Of a DNA stretch of 64,000 bases, positions 58,456 to 64,000 are shown in pieces. Origin of the DNA: Vulcanimicrobiota bacterium (GTDB lineage Bacteria > Acidobacteriota > Terriglobia > Terriglobales > Acidobacteriaceae); assembly GCA_964658225.1 (NCBI GenBank), contig CAZZYH010000003.1, positions 491 through 64,490 on the forward strand, given 5' to 3'. The position numbers were made by a program, and so were the translations under genes. The number at the start of each line of letters is the position of its first letter. Within the stretch, counting starts at the first letter, position 1. The notes below the pieces were generated by a model. The model searched no databases and was not told where the DNA came from. It saw nothing but the letters and a program-made list of their open reading frames with translations.

Positions 58456-59559
58456 ATGAATAAGCTCGTACTCGGCAACCTGCTGCACCGGCCCATCCGC
58501 ACGCTGGTCAGCGTCTTCTCGGTGGCAATCGAGCTGGTCATGATCCTGTCGATCGTCGGCCTGCTCTTCGGCGAGGTCTCACACCAGCAATCGCAGACCA
58601 ACGGCATCGGCGCCGACATGATCGTCCATCCGCCCAACTCGAGCTTCTTTTCCGCTGTCGGCGGCGCGCCGGTGCCGGCCAAGATCGCCGCGGTGCTGGC
58701 CCGCCTGCCCCATGTGGTGGTCGCCGCGCCGGTGATCAGCGACCTGAGCACCGTCGGTTCGGTCGAGACGATCTGGGGAATCGATTTCGCCAGCTACAAC
58801 GCGCTCAAGCCCTTCCACTTCCTTGAGGGGGGGCCCTACACCGCCTCCGATGACGTGATCGTCGATGACGTCTTCGCGTCCGGCAACGGCGGCCACAAGG
58901 TCGGCGATCTGATCCAGATCAAGGGGCACCCGTTTCGCATCTCCGGGATCTTCGAGCACGGCAAGGGAGGGCGCAAGTTTGTCCCCATCCGCACCCTGGG
59001 CGGACTGATGGGCTCTCCGGACAACGCCTCGCTGTTCTATATCCGCTCTGACGACAACGCGAACGAGCCCGCGATCCGCGACGAGATTCTGCATACCCCG
59101 GGGCTGAGCCAGTATGAGGTGCAGACGCTCGACGAGTGGATGTCGCTGATGACTCCGGCGCACCTGCCCGGCTTCAACGCGTTTCTGGACAGCGTGATCT
59201 CGATTGCCGTCATCGTCGGCTTCCTGGTCATCTTCCAGTCCATGTACACGGCGGTGATGGAGCGGACGCGCGAGATCGGCATCCTCAAGTCGCTCGGCGC
59301 CTCCCGCGGCTACATCGTGAACACGGTTCTGCGCGAGGCGGCGCTGGTGACCATCGCCGGCATCGCTGTAGGCGTGCTGCTGACCCTGTTGCTGAAGCTT
59401 GTGCTCGCCTACAAGTTCCCCACCCGTCCCTTTGAGGTGCCGCCGATCTGGTGGCTGCGCGGGGTGCTCATCGGCTTTGTCGGGGCGATCCTGGGTGCGG
59501 CCTACCCGGCGGTCAAGGCGGCCAACAAGGACCCGATCGATGCGCTGGCTTACGAGTAG
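58456..59559 (+). CDS. ABC transporter permease, FtsX/MacB-like
   Basis: The ATG at 58456 gives MNKLVLGNLLHRPIRTLVSVFSVAIE... (TM1), a large periplasmic domain, the FtsX core REIGILKSLGASRGYI, and three C-terminal TM segments. The upstream 72 codons look non-coding. Confidence 0.85.
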   Translation: MNKLVLGNLLHRPIRTLVSVFSVAIELVMILSIVGLLFGEVSHQQSQTNGIGADMIVHPPNSSFFSAVGGAPVPAKIAAVLARLPHVVVAAPVISDLSTVGSVETIWGIDFASYNALKPFHFLEGGPYTASDDVIVDDVFASGNGGHKVGDLIQIKGHPFRISGIFEHGKGGRKFVPIRTLGGLMGSPDNASLFYIRSDDNANEPAIRDEILHTPGLSQYEVQTLDEWMSLMTPAHLPGFNAFLDSVISIAVIVGFLVIFQSMYTAVMERTREIGILKSLGASRGYIVNTVLREAALVTIAGIAVGVLLTLLLKLVLAYKFPTRPFEVPPIWWLRGVLIGFVGAILGAAYPAVKAANKDPIDALAYE

Positions 59560-59666
59560 AATCACCTAACGGCGGATCAGGCGGAGACTGGTTGTTGTCG
59601 AAAGCCGGCCACGTCGACAGCACAACCTGCACCACTCGCACGTCATTCGTTGCACTCTCCGGATCC

Positions 59667-61208
59667 ATGAAACGAGATCTTTCCACTCTGTGGCCGGTAC
59701 TCTGGTGGGCCGCCATTGGCGCGGTCCTCGCCTTGCACTTCGTGCACCTGCGCGCGGATTTCCCCAACTTCTCGCCGTGGATGGACTACGCCAAGTACAC
59801 CGATGAAGGCTGGTACGGCAATGCCGCGATCCGCCACGCGCTCTTCGGGCACTGGCGTCTGCCGGGGGACTTCAACCCGGCAGCCGCCTTACCGGTCTGG
59901 CCGCTGCTGCTGCGGGTGGCCTTCGCGGTAGGCGGGGTCGGCCTGCCGGTGGCCCGGGTTCTGGGGCTGATCATCTTTGTGGCGAACCTGGCGGTGAGCT
60001 ACGCCCTGCTGCGCCAGGCCGGCTCGCGCGCAGCGGCTTTGGCCGGCGTCAGCTTTCTCGCGGCCAGCGCGTATCTCTGGGCCTTCAGCAGGCTTGCGAT
60101 CCTCGAGCCGCTGCTGATCCTGTTTCTCCTGCTGAGCTGGCTGCTGGTGCTGCAGCCGGCCGCCGGTGCGGCAAAGCGCCCGGTCTTGCTGCTCGCCGCC
60201 GGGCTGATGCTCGCCCTGGCCGTGCTCACCAAGACGACTGCCATCTTTCTTTTTCCGTCCACGCTCTACCTGGTCTGGCACCGCACCCGCTTCCGGCGCC
60301 GCGCCGGCCTGCGCGACACCGCGCTGCTCGCCGCCGGCGGACTCGTGCCCTGGGCGGCGTACTACCTGCTCCTGGTCCGGCCCCGCTTCGCGGCTGATTA
60401 TCACTATCTGTTCGCCGCCAACCGGTGGGATCAGCCGAAGACCCTGCCGGGCTGGTTCTGGGCCTTCTGGTATGCGCTGCATGGCTCGCTCTGGGTGGAC
60501 CCGGTGCTCTGCGGCCTCGCTGTGGCGCTGCTCGCGCTCGGCGTTCTGGGCAAGCCGAGGCTCTGGCGGGAGCCGCTGGTGATTGCATCGGTGTTCGCCT
60601 CGGCCGGCTACATCTTCTTTACCGGCTGGCACAACAACCCGCAGCCGCGTTACTACGAGGTCGTCGCCTACCCGCTGGTCTTCATCTGTTGCCTGGGCGT
60701 TTCGGGGCTATGGAGGGCGGGTGGCCCGGTGGCCAGGGCGCTCGGGGTTCTCGGCTGGGCTGTGCTGGCGGTGACCACCGGGATCAACCTGCGCGGCAGC
60801 CTGCACTTTGCCCGGCACCCGGACTACTCGCTGGTCCGCGCCGCACGGGGGCTCACCCGGTATATCGACCGGCATCCCAACGGCAGGCGGCTGCTGCTAT
60901 CGATCTCCGGCGACCAGATCTCGCTGATCACGCACCTGCCCGCCATCTGCGACGACTTCGGCACCGTCGACCTGCCCTACCGCATCCACCAGTACCAGCC
61001 CGGCTGGTACGCGGCCTGGAACGAGATCGATCCCGGCACCCTTGAAGATCTGCACACCCAGTACTCGCTCGAGCAGGTGGCCAAGTTCCATGCCCTCGAT
61101 GATGAGGACCGGGATGTGCTGATCCTCTACAAGCTGCACCCTCTGCCCGCATCGAGGCGCAACTACAACGAGGAAGAAGAGGCGGAGGCCAACCGGGGCC
61201 AGGAGTGA
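59667..61208 (+). CDS. Polytopic membrane glycosyltransferase, GT39/ArnT (PMT_2)-like
   Basis: The ATG at 59667 starts a protein with a first-loop acidic motif (YTDEGWY), more than 9 TM segments, and a soluble C-terminal domain. The family call rests on overall architecture and is moderately uncertain. Confidence 0.65.
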   Translation: MKRDLSTLWPVLWWAAIGAVLALHFVHLRADFPNFSPWMDYAKYTDEGWYGNAAIRHALFGHWRLPGDFNPAAALPVWPLLLRVAFAVGGVGLPVARVLGLIIFVANLAVSYALLRQAGSRAAALAGVSFLAASAYLWAFSRLAILEPLLILFLLLSWLLVLQPAAGAAKRPVLLLAAGLMLALAVLTKTTAIFLFPSTLYLVWHRTRFRRRAGLRDTALLAAGGLVPWAAYYLLLVRPRFAADYHYLFAANRWDQPKTLPGWFWAFWYALHGSLWVDPVLCGLAVALLALGVLGKPRLWREPLVIASVFASAGYIFFTGWHNNPQPRYYEVVAYPLVFICCLGVSGLWRAGGPVARALGVLGWAVLAVTTGINLRGSLHFARHPDYSLVRAARGLTRYIDRHPNGRRLLLSISGDQISLITHLPAICDDFGTVDLPYRIHQYQPGWYAAWNEIDPGTLEDLHTQYSLEQVAKFHALDDEDRDVLILYKLHPLPASRRNYNEEEEAEANRGQE

Positions 61209-61323
61209 GCCGCATTCCGAGGCGAGCCGTGGCTGGGCATCGAGAGCGAAGGACCCCGCGCGAACCGGCGGGTTGCAGCGCTTGGCCGCGAGACCCTGCC
61301 AGCTACTGCGAAAAAGAGCCGCT

Positions 61324-62034
61324 CTACCGCGAAGCAGCCGCGCGCGGCGCGCTCTGGGCGGCCGGCTCGATCTTGCGCCCCAGCCGGTACACCAGACCCA
61401 CCGAGATCGCGACCTGCTCATGCAGTCCGGCGCCCCCATAATTGGTCAGAGTCGCTTCGGGCTGGATCCGGAAGGCCAGCCGCGGCGAGCGGTTCAGATC
61501 TATCGCTCCCCCGATCGCGCTACCGAAGGCTACCTGGTTTGAGAACAGTCCAAGCGCTTCGGTCGTCTCGGGCGCGATGTCGGAATCAAAACGTCCGTAG
61601 GCGCCGCCGAACAAGGCATGCAGCGTCAGCGACGCGTGTTCATTTGAGAGGGCGCGATACTCCGGTCCGCCCAGGAACATGTACTGGCTGACCGCCGGGC
61701 CCTGCACGTGATACGGATTCGGCACCACGCCGGTGGTGCCATAGTAGCCGCGCGCGCTGGCTGCCGCGGCCCACCTCTTGTTGAAAAAGCGTGCCCCATC
61801 GAAGGAAAAGCCGCCCAGGTTCGCCCCCTGCAGCAGGTTTGGTCCGGCGTTAAAGTGGGTGTAGGAGAAACCGCCGTAGACCTCGTAGCGGTAGTTGTAG
61901 TCCACGCCCGCGAGCGTATCATTGGCGGCAACAACAGGAGGATGATATTGCGGCGCCTGGGCAAGCAGAGGGCCGGCGGCACATGCCAGCGTAGCCGCTA
62001 GCCGAGCGAGGAAAACGCGTGTAACTCTGAGCAA
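61324..62034 (-). CDS. Outer-membrane beta-barrel protein, hypothetical
   Basis: TTG start at 62034, 8 nt after GGAGG. Signal peptide (M)LRVTRVFLARLAATLACAAGPLLAQA. Alternating Y/G/F-rich strands. The long 415 aa ORF is upstream read-through. Confidence 0.55.
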   Translation of the reverse strand: MLRVTRVFLARLAATLACAAGPLLAQAPQYHPPVVAANDTLAGVDYNYRYEVYGGFSYTHFNAGPNLLQGANLGGFSFDGARFFNKRWAAAASARGYYGTTGVVPNPYHVQGPAVSQYMFLGGPEYRALSNEHASLTLHALFGGAYGRFDSDIAPETTEALGLFSNQVAFGSAIGGAIDLNRSPRLAFRIQPEATLTNYGGAGLHEQVAISVGLVYRLGRKIEPAAQSAPRAAASR

Positions 62035-62214
62035 GAACGAGACCTCCGGTACATCTCTCACGATACATGAGTGCTCCCGGTCCCATCGCCCCCTCGACCG
62101 GGAAGCACCGACCGCGCCGGCCATCAGCCTGTCTCGATTGGACGCAGCCGCCGGGTGCGTCGAGATCGCGTCGATAACAGGGAAGAGAGTGGTTACGGTA
62201 CTCTTGGAGAAGCA

Positions 62215-62652
62215 ATGACCCCCAGGCAACGCCTCGCAGAGGCCAAGTACGACACGCTGGAAGCGATGATTGCGGCCTACGCCGCGGAGGCCGTGCGGGT
62301 AGCCAGCGCCGAGTTTCGCGAGACGCTCGACTACCGGGCATCTTCGCTCGACCGGCTGGAGGCGATTCTGAACCGGCTCTGTCCCGCGCCCGACCCTCTG
62401 CCGGCCGGCGACGCGGACTGGCTGACCCTGCTCTGGGGCAGTTACTTTGGCGAGCTGCTGCGCACCCTCCATGGCGGCGAGTGGGTCATGTCGGTGTACC
62501 CCGGCAGCGACTTTGCCGTGCCCACGCTCGAGATCGCCGGCTCGCGCCTCTATCCCACACTGAAAGTCCATCGCCGGCTCGCCCTCGGCAGCGGCGAAAG
62601 CCTGCCCGCCTTCTACACCATGATCGCCGCACGCCTGGCGGCAAGGGTCTGA
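62215..62652 (+). CDS. Hypothetical cytoplasmic protein, 145 aa
   Basis: The ATG at 62215 follows GGAGA. Good third-position G/C bias. I recognised no family. Confidence 0.5.
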   Translation: MTPRQRLAEAKYDTLEAMIAAYAAEAVRVASAEFRETLDYRASSLDRLEAILNRLCPAPDPLPAGDADWLTLLWGSYFGELLRTLHGGEWVMSVYPGSDFAVPTLEIAGSRLYPTLKVHRRLALGSGESLPAFYTMIAARLAARV

Positions 62653-62894
62653 GAGAGCGCAGCCCCCTGCGGTGCAGGCAGACGACGCCGGCCAGGCGCG
62701 GCCGGGCAGACGCGGCCGCGATCGTGCGCACGCGAACGCGGCTTCCTAGACGCGACCGTGCACACTCTGTCGGCGCGGCGCGGGGCCGCCTGCGGGCTCT
62801 TCGCTTTTCATCCCGCGCGCAGGGCGTCGAGCGTGTATGCGACAATGCAGGTACTGGAGGAAAGTCCTGCGCTGCGCCATGCGGGCATCCCAAC

Positions 62895-63101
62895 ATGCTT
62901 GATAACCTATTTACGCCGACCCACCTGCTCTTCGTTCTCGTCATCGCACTGCTGGTCTTTGGCCCGCGCAAGCTGCCCGAGCTGGGCAAAGGCCTGGGAG
63001 AAGGCCTGCGCGGCTTCAAGCAAGGCATCAAGGGCGAGCCGGAAGTGACCGTCGCCAAGTCGGAAGCAGCAAAGCCCGAAGTCGTCACGGAAGTCAAGTA
63101 A
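62895..63101 (+). CDS. tatA: Twin-arginine translocase subunit TatA/E
   Basis: MLDNLFTPTHLLFVLVIALLVFGPRKLPELGKGLGEGLRGFK: a TM helix, the FGP hinge, and an amphipathic helix. 68 aa. Confidence 0.85.
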   Translation: MLDNLFTPTHLLFVLVIALLVFGPRKLPELGKGLGEGLRGFKQGIKGEPEVTVAKSEAAKPEVVTEVK

Positions 63102-63402
63102 GATACGCTCTCAGGTCGGAGGCCGCCGGGCCTCCTGCGCCTTGGCCCTCCCCATCCCGCCTTCGAACGGCTCGCCACCTCCGCTGAAAACGATCACTTC
63201 CGTGACGCCCTAAAATCGTGGCGGCGATTTACGTTGACAGCGGCCGCACTGCTTTCTATGCTCGGACTCGATCAAGCCGCTGCCCCGCGAGAGGGCGAAG
63301 CCGGCGTTGATCGATCCACCGGTCGCGGAGCCCCTTCCCATCGTGCGCTCTTCCTCCTGCCTTTATCTATCCTCTGCGCCTCTCGGAGTTCAAAAGCCTG
63401 CC

Positions 63403-64000
63403 ATGATCAACTATGCGCGCTCTTTTCGTCTTTCCCTTTCTTCCTTTTTGCTGACCTCGGCCATAGCCCTGGGGCAGACCGTAACCGGCGCCATTACCGG
63501 CTCGATCACCGATGCCAGTGGGGCGGTCCTGCCGGGCGCGCAGGTGGTGGCCCATAACATCGACACCGGTGTCGACACGCCTGTATCCACCAACGGCGAC
63601 GGCTTCTACCGCATCAACTTCCTGCCCATCGGCCACTACCAGGTCACCGTCAAGGCCAACGGCTTCGCCGACCAGACGCTGCCCCCGTTCACCCTGGAAG
63701 TGCTGCAGACGCCGACCTTCAACGTGAAGCTGAGCGTGAGCGGTGCGTCGGCCGAGGTCGAGGTGTCGGCTGCCGCGCCCATCCTCAACACCGAGAACCC
63801 CACCCTGGGCACGACCTTCACTGCGAATGTGATCAGCAACTTCCCCTTGAACGGGCAGGATTTCTCGGCCCTGACTCTCTACCTTCCCGGTTCGGTCAAT
63901 ACCAATGGGACCGCGGGAATGACCAACATCGGTCGCGATACCAGCTACACGGATTCGCCGAACATCAACGGCAACCGCGCGCAGGCGAACAATTACACGC
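63403..64000 (+). CDS. TonB-dependent receptor with a CarboxypepD_reg N-domain (N-terminal part; runs off the right edge)
   Basis: My translation from ATG 63403: signal peptide, then QTVTGAITGSITDASGAVLPGAQVVAHNIDTG...GFYRINFLPIGHYQVTVKANGF, then the plug start. It is absent from the ORF track because no stop lies in the window. Confidence 0.8.
   Translation, partial: MINYARSFRLSLSSFLLTSAIALGQTVTGAITGSITDASGAVLPGAQVVAHNIDTGVDTPVSTNGDGFYRINFLPIGHYQVTVKANGFADQTLPPFTLEVLQTPTFNVKLSVSGASAEVEVSAAAPILNTENPTLGTTFTANVISNFPLNGQDFSALTLYLPGSVNTNGTAGMTNIGRDTSYTDSPNINGNRAQANNYT

Noticed and set aside
63118-63135. GGAGGCC-GCCG-GGCCTCC hairpin after tatA as a terminator
   Set aside because: It is a short 7-bp stem with no following T-run, so I did not list it as a feature.
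1-64000. Window-wide check for CRISPR arrays, transposases/IS elements, prophage genes, toxin-antitoxin pairs and known defence-system genes
   Set aside because: No spaced direct-repeat arrays, no DDE/HUH/serine/tyrosine recombinase-like ORFs, and no typical defence gene combinations were found by reading the ORF translations. The only helicases are housekeeping uvrD and mfd.

Overview
GC-rich chromosomal segment. The gene content points to Acidobacteriota, probably Terriglobia-like: TonB-dependent receptors with CarboxypepD_reg-type N-termini, VWFA proteins of the acidobacterial type, and many TAT-exported oxidoreductases. This taxon call is an inference. I support about 50 protein genes and 2 tRNA genes (Cys-GCA, Gly-GCC). 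I see no rRNA, CRISPR array, transposase, integrase or phage genes. Many long ORFs in the supplied track are antisense or off-frame shadows of real genes, which is typical of high-GC DNA.

Housekeeping genes: mnmG (partial), isoaspartyl peptidase, maf, lpxC, uvrD/pcrA, mfd, galU, metK, tatA, peroxiredoxin.

Accessory blocks:
1. A LacI-centred carbohydrate locus of about 19 kb (4337..23104). It holds a TAT GH2, a copper amine oxidase, a TAT Gfo/Idh/MocA enzyme plus cytochrome c, a translationally coupled LacI-Gfo/Idh/MocA-SIS-ROK chain, a TAT hitch-hiker GMC dehydrogenase plus a TAT xylose-isomerase-like TIM barrel, and a TonB-dependent receptor.
2. Two tandem secreted proteins of unknown function (42644..45304). 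One has an extreme Tyr/Gly/Trp-rich segment.
3. An rfbF-rfbG-rfbH set for CDP-3,6-dideoxyhexose synthesis, with no E3 reductase in the window.
4. A divergent pair of acidobacterial VWFA proteins.

I did not find a clear-cut novel defence or mobile system. The candidates most worth follow-up are the periplasmic oxidative glycoside module, the Tyr-rich secreted protein pair, and a 1.1 kb apparently non-coding, GC-rich gap (46764..47862). All functional calls rest on motifs I recognised by eye. No database search was run.
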